Part shown: positions 50,201 through 63,307 of the stretch, piece by piece | How positions within the stretch are numbered: position 1 is the first letter of the stretch | How the letters are laid out: every line of letters begins with the position of its first letter | DNA from: Leucoraja ocellata | Lineage: Eukaryota | DNA length: 64,000 nucleotides | Reading direction: 5' to 3' | NCBI GenBank assembly: GCA_036785375.1 | Contig: JAWMAR010000070.1 | Coordinates: 7,502,001-7,566,000, forward strand | Program-made: the position numbers and the translations under genes | Notes under the pieces: generated by a model | The model's input: the letters and a program-made list of their open reading frames with translations, nothing else | Told to the model about the DNA's origin: nothing | Databases searched by the model: none

Positions 50201-53200
50201 AATTTTGTGTACCTCAGGCTTGTAGATTAATTGGCTTCTATAAATTGTCCCCAGTGTGTGGGATAGAACAAGTGTACGGGGTGATCGTTGGTCTGAGCAG
50301 ACTCGGTGGGCCGTAGGGCCTGTTCCCACGCTATATCTCTAAAACTAAATAGATATGACGAATGTACAAATATGCAGTCTGTATGGACTCCATGTAGATG
50401 GGGTTTACATGTGTGCTTGTGTTATCCGTCTTAAATGGAATCTAAAAGAGTAACTTTACCCATCAGCGTGTTATTTATTGGGTAAAGGACATGGAAACTA
50501 GTTTCAGACGGAGGCTGTTCCAGCTACCTTGTGTTGTTACTTCACAGCACTTCAACGTGGGCTGGGCCATAGAAAGCACTTCAGAGAATTGTTGTACTGA
50601 CCTCCAAAAATGAAAAGTTGTTGATGGAGTCAGATTTATTTTTCTTGCCTTTGTGCTTTTTAAAAAATAAAATAATTTCCTCTGATTTCCACAGAAACCC
50701 AAACTTACGAACACTCTTATCCATTGGAGGCTGGAATTTCGGAACTGAAAAGTAAGGCTCTTTCTTGAATTAAATTTGAGAGAGAGCGCTGCCTTACAGC
50801 GCTGGACACACGGGTTCGATCCCGACTGAAAGTGTTGTCCATGTGGAGTTTGCACGTTCTCCATGTGACCATGTAGATTTTCTCCGGGGACTCCAGTTTT
50901 CTCCCACATCTCAAAGACATGTTGGATTAAAGGATAATCGGCCCCCTGTAAATTGCCCCTGGTGCGTAGGGAGTGGATGAGTAAGTGGGATCACATAGAA
51001 CTCGTGATCAATAATCGGCCTGGACTCGGTGGGCCGAGGGGACTCTTTCCATTTTAGTATCTCTAAATTAAACTGATGACTGGGTCACTGACCACAAGAA
51101 AATACAGAACTATCCCAGATTGTGTGCCAGTAGATATGTATGCAATCAAACCTGTCTGCTTAACTGAGTAAAAGAGTTTAATAGATCACACTGAACTTCC
51201 GAAGACAGATAAACCGGATGTTTATTTTTATCACATGTGATAAAATCCAATCATATCAGATAACAAATGAACGCATCTATCCATGTACATATTGGTTTAC
51301 AAAATTAATCCTTCAAAATGCCTGACTTTCATGGATTTGAAGTTTATTACATGGGTTTCTGTAATAAATGATCTGGAGTGAAACACAAAGCACTGGAGGA
51401 ACTCAGCAGGTCAGGCAGCATCTGTGGAGGAAATGGTCAAACAATTCACACAAATTCATTCATGTCATACACAAGTACTGCAAGAACATAAGACATTGGA
51501 GTAGAATTAGGCCATTCAGCCCATTGGGTGTGCAATAGTGATGGAAGGAACTGCAGATGCTGGTTTACAACGAAGATACACACAAAATGCTGGAGTAACT
51601 CAGCAGAACAGGCAGCATCTCTGGAGAGAAGGAATGGATGAGGTTTCAGGTCGAAACATCGCCCATTCCTTCTCTCCAGAGGTGCCGCCTGTGTTACTCC
51701 AGCTTTGTGTCTATCCATAGTTCGACAGGTTGAGCAAAGAGAAAAATACCAGGGTGCAGAATATAGTTTTTCAGCACTGAAACGTAACAGTTCCAGAGAA
51801 AAAGTCAACTGTAGCAATGAGGTAGGTTGGAAAATGGGGACAGTGCCCCAGCTTATGGAAGAAAATAAGATCAGAGTCTGGTAGTGCACCCTTTCAAGCT
51901 TCCATATCATCTGCCCGACATTCAAATTCGTACAATAGGTGGAGCTAAGGGGGAGATACAGAGTTCAGAATAGTTCTCAACATTGTAGCGCATCAGTTCC
52001 AGGGACAAAGTCCAATGTCCGCAATGGGGTTGAGATGAATCGGACAGTACTCTAGTTTATGAATGGACCATTCAGAAGCGTAATAACAGAGGGGAAGAAG
52101 CCGTTCCTGAGTCTGGGAGTGGTGATATGAGGGTTATATCACTGGTATATTTGGGTCACCTCAGTGGATAACCGGTGAATGGAAAATAACAACCACTAAA
52201 CCTCACTCCAGGGTCCCGACTCGAAACGTGGTCTGTCCATTTCCTCCACGGATGCTGCCAGACCCGCTGAGTTACTCCAGCACTTTGTGTTTCTCTCCAG
52301 ATCGTTTATTACAGAAATAAGAAACTTCAAATACTCAAAGTCTGGCATTTTGAAGGATTAGTTTTGTGGAATGGCAGTGTACCGAGCAGCCATCAGGGGC
52401 CGTGTGTGTTGTCAGGTGGGAATATTTCACTATTATCCATCTGCTGAGTTTGGAAAACTCAATTCTGAAAGGACTTGTAAAATTAAAAAAAGACACAAAG
52501 TGGCGAAGAAACTTAGCGAGTCTCTCAGCAACATGGAATGGTGATGTTTCGGGTTGGGATCCTTCTTCAGACGTTACAGTGGTGGGGGGGGGGGGGGGGA
52601 GCTGGATGAGGGTAGGGGGCATGACAAAGCCTGGCAAGTGCTAGGCAGGAAAATTCTGGAGTAATTCAGCGAGTCAGGAAGCATCTGAGGCGAATATGGA
52701 TGTGACATCTTGGATTGGACACTTCTACAGATGGATTGTTGTGAGGGGAGAGTTGGGGGCGAGTGATGGGTGGATACAGGTGAAGGCATCCAGGACAGAA
52801 AGGTCAATAGGGGATGAGAAGGGGAGTTAAAATGGTTAGCAACCAGGAACTCCAGCAGAGCCAAGAGTTCTAGTAAAAAATAAAACATCCTTCTCAGCCA
52901 TTTATCACAAGGCCAGAAGCTTTATGCATGAAGATTATGCTGACTACCTCCTTCCCAAACATATTTCATGTCAGGTTCACCGCCATGGTTTCCAGTAAAG
53001 AAACTCGCTTACTATTCATTACGTCTGCGATCGAGCTTCTGAGGAAAGCGGAGTTTGATGGTTTAGACCTGCACTGGGAGTTCCCCGGCTTTAACCGCAG
53101 CCCACACGAAGACAAGCAACGCTACACTGACTTGGTCCAGGTGAGTGTAGACTTGGTTTATACTCTCTAGAATTTAGAAGATTGAGAGGGGATCTTATAG

Positions 53201-56200
53201 AAACTTACAAAATTCTTAAGGGGTTGGACAGGCTAGATGCAGGAAGATTGTTCCGATGTTGGGGAAGTCCAGGACAAGGGGTCACAGCTTAAGGATAAAG
53301 GGGAAATCCTTTAAAACCGAGATGAGAAGAACTTTTTTCACACAGAGAGTGGTGAATCTCTGGAACTCTCTGCCACAGAGGGTAGTTGAGGCCAGTTCAT
53401 TGGCTATATTTAAGAGGGAGTTAGATGTGGCCCTTGTGGCTAAGGGGATCAGGGGGTATGGAGAATACGGGATACTGAGTTGGATGATCAGCCATGATCA
53501 TATTGAATGGCGGTGCAGGCTCGAAGGGCCGAATGGCCTACTCCTGCACCTAATTTCTATGTTTCTATGCGAGCTGAACGCATCACAAATCTCGAGACAC
53601 AAGGAACTTGTCTGGACAAAGTTTTTACACAGAGGGTGGTGGGTGCCTGCAACGTGCTGCCAGGGGTGGTGGTGGAGGCAGACACGGCAGTAACGTTCAA
53701 TAAAGAATCAGGAGTGAAACACAAAGTGCTGGAGTAACTCAGAGGGTCAGGCAGCGTCTGTGGAGGGAATGGACAGCCGACATTTCGGGTCGCCACCCAG
53801 AAGTGAGGTTGTAAAACGTTCAATTCATGACAGGCACGTGGATATGCTGGGAATGGTGGGATATGGATCACGTTCAGGCAGAGATTAGTTTAACTTGGTA
53901 TAGTGTCGGCACTGAAATACTGATAGATTTCCAAATGGAATCGGGATGCTAAAGAGTGGAGCAGTTTCCAAATGGAACAGAGAGTTTCTATATCCCCTTC
54001 ACTCAGATGGTGGTGGGCAAAGATTCTACAGCGAGCAAGGTCGACCACTCGACGAAAAAGATGTAGTACCGTCATGGGCAAATTCGTGGGTAATTTTCGG
54101 CCCCATTTCCGTAACCAGCTTCCGTCTCCGCACCAAAGATCCCGTAGCGGAGCAAAGATACTAGTGCGGAGATGGAAGCCGGTTACGGAAACATCCTCGT
54201 AAAAATAAAAGTTCTTTGGTAAAAATCTTCTCCTCATTTTCAGAATTTTAATTTATTAACACAAACTGTTCCTCCGCAACGTTGATTACACTGCGAGTCG
54301 GGTCGGGCCGGGTCGGGTCGGGTTACTGGAATGGATGAAAAGAAGGCCCACTTTCTGCTCCGTTGCATACTACATGTCAGCCCATTGCATTTAGCAGGAG
54401 TGGTCTATCTTGCTCCGCTATAGGATCATTGGTGGTGGGTATATGGAATGAGCTGCCAAAGGAGGTAGTTGAGGCAGGGACTATAACATTATTTAAAAGA
54501 TATTGGGAGAGGTACATGGCTAAAAAAGGTTTAGAGGGATGTAGGCGGAATGTGGGACCAGCGTAGATGGGGCATCTTAGTCGGCATGGGCAAGTTGGAC
54601 TGAAGGGCCTGTTTCCACAATGTCTGACTCTCCGACTCAGAGTGGAACTTCAGGGACAAACAGCAAAGAGTCACCCACACTTCGGCCCCATCTAGCCTTC
54701 TGCTCAGCTGAAACAAAGCATCTTTCCCAAGACCTTCGGCCTCTCCTTCACCCTGGGGCTGGCGTATTCCACAGGAAATAATGCAACCTAGTCATAATCA
54801 TTAATGATGAGAAACATTCCTATACATTCGCTCCTCTGTCACCAGGCAACTGAGCCATCCTCTCACCAGCTAGAGAGTGGTCCTGACCTCCCAACCTCCT
54901 CATTAGAGACCTTTGAACGATCTTTAATCGGACTTTACCTTGCAGTAGATGTTATGCCCTTGATCCTGTATCTGTACACTGTGGACGGCTTGATTTTAAT
55001 CACCTATAGTCTAATCAATGATTGGATAGCACAGAAAAACCACTTCATTGTACCTCAGTAAACATGACAATAATAAACTAAACCGTTTGAAATCTCAATT
55101 TCATTTTGGAAATCCATCCTTATTCCCATCTGTATCTGTTCTTGTGAATGGCTTGATTGGATTCAGGTACAGTGTTATGTAATTCAATGGAATAGTAATG
55201 ACCATGTTCTTGGTTCTTGGTTTCTTGGTCCTCCAAAATATTCCAGATGGAATTTAAACTGGAGGTGGTGAAGGGAGGGCTTAAGCCAGAAAGGGTTATT
55301 GGGAAGAAAGAGCTACTTTAAATGTAGTTGCATCTGGTTGGGTAACTATAGTTGGGTGGAGATTATTCCATGCTTTAATTGTGCGGGGGAAGAACGAATT
55401 GCTGTACCAACACATCTGTCTCTGTAGCTGGGATCACAAATTGGATCGAATGCCCTTGTCTGCTCCATGTTAATTATATATTCATTAAGTCCATGCCATT
55501 TGTAATCTGTCGTTCATCAGATATCATTGATGTAATCTGCCTGACAAACTCTTCACTATTTTATTAACTAATAGGAACTCCAGGAAGAATTTATAAAGGA
55601 ATCAAACGAGACCAACAAACCGCGATTGCTACTTTCTGCTGTTGTAGCATCTGGAATAAGAAACATTCAAGCAGGTTATGAAATAGAGAAGATTTCAGAG
55701 TACGTTGGGAGTTTATTTTGTACCTGGTGCGGCTTTAAGCTTTGAAGATGTTCATCGTAAAACTGAAAACAATGAGGAAAGACACAAAGTGATGGAGTAA
55801 ATCATCGGGTCAGGCAGCATCTCAAGAGAGCATGGATATGTTATGATTTGATCGAGACCCTTCCTCAGACTGATGAAGGATCCCATCCTGAAATGTCACC
55901 TATCCATGTTCACCACAGATGCTGCCCGACCTGCTGAGTGGCTCCAACACTGTCCTTGGTAAACCAGCATCTTCAGTTCCTTGTTTCTACTGAAAATAAT
56001 AACCACGGCTTTGAATAAGGGCCAAGGCGTTACAAAACTATCCAATGAACACTTCAAACTGGGCACGAGACACAAAGACATTTGCAACCAAGGAAAAATA
56101 ATTGAGAACAAACTTATCAGCCACTATGGTGGTAATATTAGTAATGCAAGAGGAGAGGGAGTGATGTGGTGAAAGGACCAGTGGAATGGAGACACAAGGA

Positions 56201-59200
56201 ACTGAAGCTGCTGCGATCTTGATTAAAACACAAAGTGCTGGAGGAAGTCAGCACATCAGGCAGCATCTGCGGAGGGAATAGATGTTTTGGGTCGAGACCC
56301 TTCTTCAAACCAGTGAACTGGTTGGGTTGGCAATAACTGGCTAGATGGATCTATACGGATCAATTACATTTTAATTTCCTATCACGTAAGATTGACCAGG
56401 AGAGCCAAGGAACTGCAGAAGCTGGAATCTTGAGCAAAACTGGAGGAACTCAGTTGGACAGACAGCATCTGTGGAGGGAATGGGCAAGCAATGTTTTGGG
56501 TTGGGACAGTCTGAAGAACATCATCTGTCCATCCCCTCTACAGACGCTGCCTGGCCCGCTGAGTGCCTCCAGCACTTATGTTTTGATGAAGATTGAAAGA
56601 TAACCGTGGTAAATGCTATTGTTAATCTTTGCAGCCGTGATATCAATGCCTGCAATAGCAACCTCCTTCAGTTCCATTCTCAACTAGCTGTTGTTTTTTG
56701 CAGACACATGGACTTCATCGGTGTGATGACCTACGAGTTCCATGGTCCATGGGATCTAAAAACTGGACCTAACAGTCCACTGTACAAGAGCTCTGATGAC
56801 TATAATGATGACAGATACTTCAATGTAGTATGTACTGACATCTTTCATGATTTCAATTTACATCCTTTCTCCAGTTCTCTAAAGTTTAGTTTAGTTTAGA
56901 GATACAGTGTGGGAGGTACAGTGAGGCCCATCAGATCGCCACGTCCATGCTGACTGGCGATACGCTAGTTCTAGCCTACACACGAAGGACAATTAACCTA
57001 CAAACCTGCACGTCTTTGGAATCTGGGAGAAAAACCACGCGGATAACATACGAACTCCACATAGACAGCACCCATAGTCAGGATCGAAACCGGGTCTCTG
57101 GTGCTGTCAGGCAGCAACTCTACCGTTGCGCTACTTTGCCAATGTACATTTGGGAACACAGAGAATGAATGAATGAACAAATACTTTATTGCCACATGAC
57201 AAGTCACAGTGAAGTTATTTGTTTCTGCATATGCCAGGTATGCAAAGAGTGGCCACATAAAGTGCAGCAACAAAGTATCCCGCCCCATGTCCTCCTTTGT
57301 TCTCTCCAAGATGCTGCAGTTGGAATGTGTGGTGGGATCGGGACAAAGCCTGGAAAGTGATAGGTGGATACAGTTGAGGGGAGGCTTATTGGTTACCACA
57401 TGGTTGGACAAAAGCCCAGACATGAAAAGACAAAAAGTGTGAGATAAGGAGATAAGCATAGAAGAGTCGCGAATTGTGAAGCCAGAGGAAGAAATATATT
57501 TGAAAGGGGAGAAGGAAGAGGAGAAATGGGTGTGTATCCAGGCGGGGCACAGGGAAGAGATGAGGTGGTGAAAAAAAGGGAATGGGTAGTTAGTAGACTA
57601 GTTACCTGAAATTGGAAGTCAATATTCATTGCATAGGGTTGGAAGATACCCAGGCAAAGTCAGTTCCGATGTAATCCTTTCTCGTAGGAGTTTGCAACAA
57701 ATTACTGGAAGCAAAATGGAGCTCCGGCAGAAAAGCTCTTGGTGGGATTCCCAACGTACGGACGGACATTTACTCTCTGCTCTGCCGACAACAAGCCTGG
57801 TTCTGCAGCGTGTGGACCTGGCACTCCGGGGAACTGCAGCAAAGCCGCTGGCATTTTAGCATACTCTGAGGTACGGTGTGACTGCAGTTTGACCCTACTA
57901 TGAAAGGGAATGCACTTCAATTATCACCACTAATTGCCACCATCACTAGCAATCGATACATTTGGCCCCTCTTGGAAATATGTAGATTTATCATAGCAAC
58001 ATCTGCATGAAAAGACATTTGGGCAGGTACATGGATAGGAAAGCTGGGAGGGATATGGGCCAAACGCGGGCAGGTGGGACTAGTGTAGTTGGGACATGTT
58101 GGTCGGCAGGGCAAGTTGGGCCAAAAGGGCCTGTTTCCACTCTATGATTTACTTATCACAGTGACACAGTTCTCATAGAATCATAATTACACAGCACAGA
58201 TACAGCCCTTTCAGCCCAACCTGCCTATGCCAACCAGAAGCCCCATCTACGCCAATCCTGCCTGCCCGCCTTTGGCCCATAACCCAGTAAACATTTCCTA
58301 TCCATGTACCTGTCCAAATGTCTTTGAAATCTTGTTATTGTGTCTGCCTCAACTACCTCCGCTGGCAATTTGTTTCATTTACCCACCACCCTGTGTGTGA
58401 ACAATTCCAAACCCTCTATCTTCTTCCATAAACCAATTGTGTATCCAGGGAGCAAGCTCACTCTGGCTTCCATGCGATCTAACCTTATAAAATGGAAATG
58501 TTATCATTATAAATTTACCAAAACAATTATCATAACAGTACCTCTCCACCATCGAAGGGATTGACAGGAGGCTTTGTCTCAAAAAACGCAGTCAGCATCA
58601 TCAGAAACTCTCATTTCACCCCTGCCGTCGGGAAGAAGGTACAGGAATCTGAAAAACCATGACTTCCAGGTTCAGGAACAGCTTCATCCCAACAAACATC
58701 AGGCTCTTGAACACTGCAACCACCGACTAAACTAAGAATAACATATTGTCTTGGTTACAGGAAATTTTTGCTTTTGTTTTTACACAAATATTGCCATTTT
58801 TTAGTTTATTATGTTATCTATGAGTACTGTGTTTACAGACCTGATATGTTTCTGCAAGTAAGAAGGGTCTCGACCCGAAAACATCACCTATCCATGTTCT
58901 ATAGAGATGCTGCCTGACCTGCTGAGTTCCTCCAGCACTCTCTGAAACGTCACCTATCCATGTTCTCCACAGATGCTGCCGGACCCGCTGAGTTACTCCA
59001 ACAAGCTGTGTCCTTTTTAGATTTTCATTGTTCCATTGTTGGTATTTATGAAAATTAAACACTCTTGAATCTTGAATGTCCAGTGAGGTGGAGATAAAAT
59101 AACAATTAGCAACAAAATAACCAGGAACCTTTACATCCTCCCTGTGGAATTCTAGTAATACATTTCCAAGGGGACACAGGCTGCATTTATGTAGCATCTT

Positions 59201-62200
59201 TCACTCACCGTGAAACACTTTGAAGCAATGATAAAGGTCTTTGCTATTATTACAGGTGTGTGACTTTTTGAAAGGAGCCCATAAAGAATGGATTGAGGAA
59301 CAGGAGATTCCATACGCATACAAAGATGATGAGTGGGTTTCTTATGACAATTTGAGGAGCTTTGAGAAGAAGGTATGTATTTTATTGGAACATTTATTGC
59401 ATGTTCCTGATATATCTTGTATAATGGATTGCACATGTGCAGTTTACATGGTCTCCTTTTAACTGTAGGGAATTCTTCCAAGTGCTCCATCTACACAGAA
59501 CAGCACAGCACCAGACCCTTCAGCCCACAATCTCCATGCTGGACATACCAAGTTAAACTCTCTCTGCCTGCACATTATTTTCCTCCCGTATCTGAAAAAT
59601 TGCTGCACGAGATGGATTGGCCACTGTAGTTAGCTCCCATATAGGTGGCAGGCAGGTGTGATCAGTATGCATGTGAGAGAATAGGTGACTCAATGGGCCA
59701 AATGGCCTTTTTTTTGTATGTCATGAGAAAACCAAGAGTAAATGAGTCCACCTGGGCTATATAATGTGCACGGCAGGTGGTTTCAGTTGGCCAAGATATT
59801 TATTTCTTGAGAATGTGAAAGCAAAACTAGTTTCAATGTTGATAACATTAAGTAATTCTCAAGAAATATATCCATCATTCTTGGACTTATGTTAAAAATT
59901 ATAATTTATCCAAATGTTTTTCTTTGCAAGGATTGAAAAAATGTGGCCATTTAATTATTGCTATACAGCAACGGGTGAACAGGTGAAACCCCTCACCTGT
60001 GTTCACCTATCACCATGTTCTGTCCTGCCCCTCATCTTTTCCCACTTTTGTTCCTGCCCCCCCCCCCCGTGCAATATGTCCGATTAAGGGTGCCTGACCG
60101 AAACGTCACCAGAGATGCTGCCTGACCCGCTGAGTTACTCCAGCACTTTGTGTCTTTCTTTAGTACAAAACAAGCATTTGTAGTTCCTTGTTATTGCCCT
60201 TTAAGAGGATGTTCCCACTGTGGCGGGAAGTTTTGTCTCAGGCAAGGTTAAACATAATTGCAGAAGCAAGGTCAGAAGATTGAAATCAACCATCCACTCG
60301 CTGAACATGTGGACTGGACATGTTTGTTACAGAGCCTCGTGAATTCATCCTTAATTTATGTAGTTTATGTATAAATTATGTTTTGTGCATTGCCTGAATC
60401 TATGTAACTGTGATGCTGCTGCAAACAAGATTTTCATTGTACCTCTACCTCACTGTATTTGTATCAGTATTGGTTAAATCTACCTGATCTCCTGGCTACC
60501 GCCTAAACCAGTCCGATTTCTCGGCTACTAAACATTTTAACCGCCCCTCCTCCCATTCCCACACTGACATTTCTGTCCTGGGCCTCCTCCATTGTCAGAG
60601 TGAGGCCCAGCACAAATTGGAGGAACAGCACCTCATATTTCGCTTGGACAGCTTTCACCCAGCGGTACGAACATTGACTTCTCTAACTTCAAGTAACCTT
60701 GCTTTCCCTCTTTCTCCATCCCTCCCTCTTCCCAGTTCTCTGACACTCTTACCGTCACCCATTCCTTCTCTCCAGAGATGCTGCCTGTCCCGCTGAGTTA
60801 CCGCAGCATTTTGTGTGTATCATTGGTTTATTATTAGATAGATACAAAATGCAGGAGTAACTCAGCAGGACAGACAGTATTTCTGGAGAGAAGGAATGGG
60901 TGACGTTTCGGACGTGTACTGAGATGCAGTGAAAAGCTTTGTTAATGTGACAATAAGCAGAACTCGACTTGACTATTTGATTTTAGAGATAACAGCACGG
61001 AAACAGGCCCTTCCACTCACCGGTTCCGCGCTGACCAACGATCACCCCGTACACTAGCGCTATCCTACACACTAAGGACAATTTTACAATTTACAGAAGG
61101 CAATTAACCTACATCCTTGGAGTGAGGAAACCAGAGCACCCAGAGAAATACCACACGGTCTCAGGGACAAGGTACAAACGCCTAACAAACAGCACCCGTG
61201 GTCAGGATCGATCCCGGCTCTCTGGTGCTATAAAGCAGCAACTCTACCATTGCACCATTTGCAGCCGTATTGCTTAGGTAATCGGACAGCAATCAAGAAC
61301 AATGTTTCTCTGGCAGTTTGTTTTGTGGCTTTTGGGGCTAATGTAAGCATCTAGAAACAAGGAACTGCAGGAACTCAAGGAACTGAACCTTGGGCTCCAT
61401 GTGACCTTGCATGGGGGTCGGTCTTGTAAATCTGCAGCTAAATATTAATTATTAAATAATCTGGATTAGCGAGATGATTTGCAATCTAGGCTACCTATTA
61501 AATGTTAAATTATTTTCAGGTGGAATGGTTGAAAAATAACAGCTTTGGGGGTGCAATGGTATGGACAATCGATATGGATGATTATGAAGGTACTTCCTGT
61601 AACCAAGGACAATTCCCCCTTATTAATAAACTCAAGGTTATGCTTTCGTCAGGTTCTGGACCCACGGATGAATCGTCAGGTAACTAAATTACATTTGCAT
61701 TTGCATTTCAAATCAAGATATTTACATTTTCTATCAAATATTTAAGCATTAATTATGCCATTATAATCATGCTGTCTACAAAACCTTTCTGGGTATGCAA
61801 TTTTGAAAATAATGGACATTTAATAAAATTAAAGAGTTTATTATAAGTTAATGCAGGAGGGAGACATGAGATGGAAGATCACAGCACTACAGGTGCTTGG
61901 AGTTCTGAAACAATAACAGAAAGTCGTCGCAGATCAGCTAGCATTTCAGATCTTGCTCCATTTATCAGAATCAGGAAAGAGACAAAACAAGAGAGGAGAC
62001 AAAATAAACTGCAGATGCTGGATTCTTGAGTAAGACAGAAAGTGCTGAAGGAACTCAGTGGGTCAGACAGCATCTGTGGGTCTGTCCATTCCCTCAACAG
62101 ATGCTGCCTGTCCCACTGAGTTACTCCCCAAAAAGGGAGAACACAAGTTAGTTTTCGGCAGAAGACAAGCTCGGAGAGAGATGGAAATATCTTGGCAACC

Positions 62201-63307
62201 AAATGAGTTAATACAGCAGTTTGAAGCACATTTTGCTTCCTTGTCAATATGGGCAATATTGTTAATAGGTAGGCTCTGGGATATGCACAACAAGCCCGGG
62301 GGAAGTGGGAGGTTCACTTGCTGTTCACGTTTAGAGATACAGCGTGGAAACAGACCCTTTGGCAAACAGAGTCCGAGCTGACCAGCGATCATCCTGTACA
62401 CTAGTTCTATGTCCTACACAATTAACCAACAAACCTGCATGTGGGAGGAAACTGGAGAGCCCAGAGGAACCTTAGTGTGAATGGGTGATCAGTGGTCGAC
62501 ATGGACTTGATGGGCCGAAGGGTCTGCTTCCATGATGTATCCTTCAATCAACAGTGGAAATCCCAAATCTTTTTTCCCCCACCTACATGTGGTAGTGTGG
62601 GAATTTCCTGCAGCTCCCGGAACACAGATTCAGACCAGGAGAGGCATCTTGAAACATTATCATCAGCGAGCTTTGCACCATCATCATGCCGATAATGGAT
62701 TAAGGTTACGCGTGAAGATATTGGTGTAGAGTTAATCATGTTGCTGTTCGTACTTTCAGAGACAACACCACTGTCCATTTGTTCATCAGATTCACAGGTA
62801 TCCGACCCCTGCCCCAATCTGGAATTTTGCGGAGGTAAAAAGGATGGTAACTATGCAGTGGAGTGTACTGCGGACAGTTTCTATCAGTGTACCAACAACG
62901 ACACCGAGATTCTAACGTGCTCCAGAGGTACTTCATACAACGCGGGCAGAGACAAATGTGTCTGGCCACCCAGGTTAATTCCAGCCATCAATTTGGCAGA
63001 CAGTAACTTTTGCAAAACCAAGCTCGACGGTGCATATGCAATCCCGGTTCCCTCGTACTACAAATGCAAAGCTGGGCAGATGCGCGTGAAGAAGTGCTCC
63101 TCTGATCTACTCTACGATGCAGTCAGCAAGAAATGCATCAGTGCAAACACATTTAGCGACTACGATGTGTCCTTCTGCAGTAGTAATGAAGATGGGACCT
63201 ATCCCATCCTTGGCAGACCAAACAAATACTATCACTGCCTGAATAAGGATACCAATGTAGGGAGCTGTCCCAAGGGGAGCTTCTACAATAATTTCTGTAA
63301 ATGCTGA
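47225..63307 (+). CDS. GH18 chitinase-like protein with DxxDxHxE motif and three CBM14-like repeats (~581 aa, 11 coding exons)
   Basis: Exons: 47225-47249, 47785-47817, 48630-48837, 50695-50751, 52975-53140, 55575-55699, 56704-56827, 57688-57870, 59256-59372, 61520-61679, 62760 (or 62790)-63307. GT-AG, same phases as chia, open throughout; AATAAA 63331-63336. Confidence 0.92.
54018..54431. mobile_element. MITE with 8-bp TSD (hAT- or P-superfamily) inserted in a CR1 fragment
   Basis: Imperfect ~33-bp TIRs CAAAGATTCTACAGCG.../...CGCTATAGGATCATTG; GTGGTGGG at 54010-17 and 54432-39. Confidence 0.75.
55205..55410 (-). mobile_element. 3' end of a non-LTR retrotransposon (CR1-group, Crack/Daphne-like)
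   Basis: Minus strand encodes YSNSFFPRTIKAWNNL...FK then a short tandem (CAAGAAC-like) tail. Confidence 0.6.
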
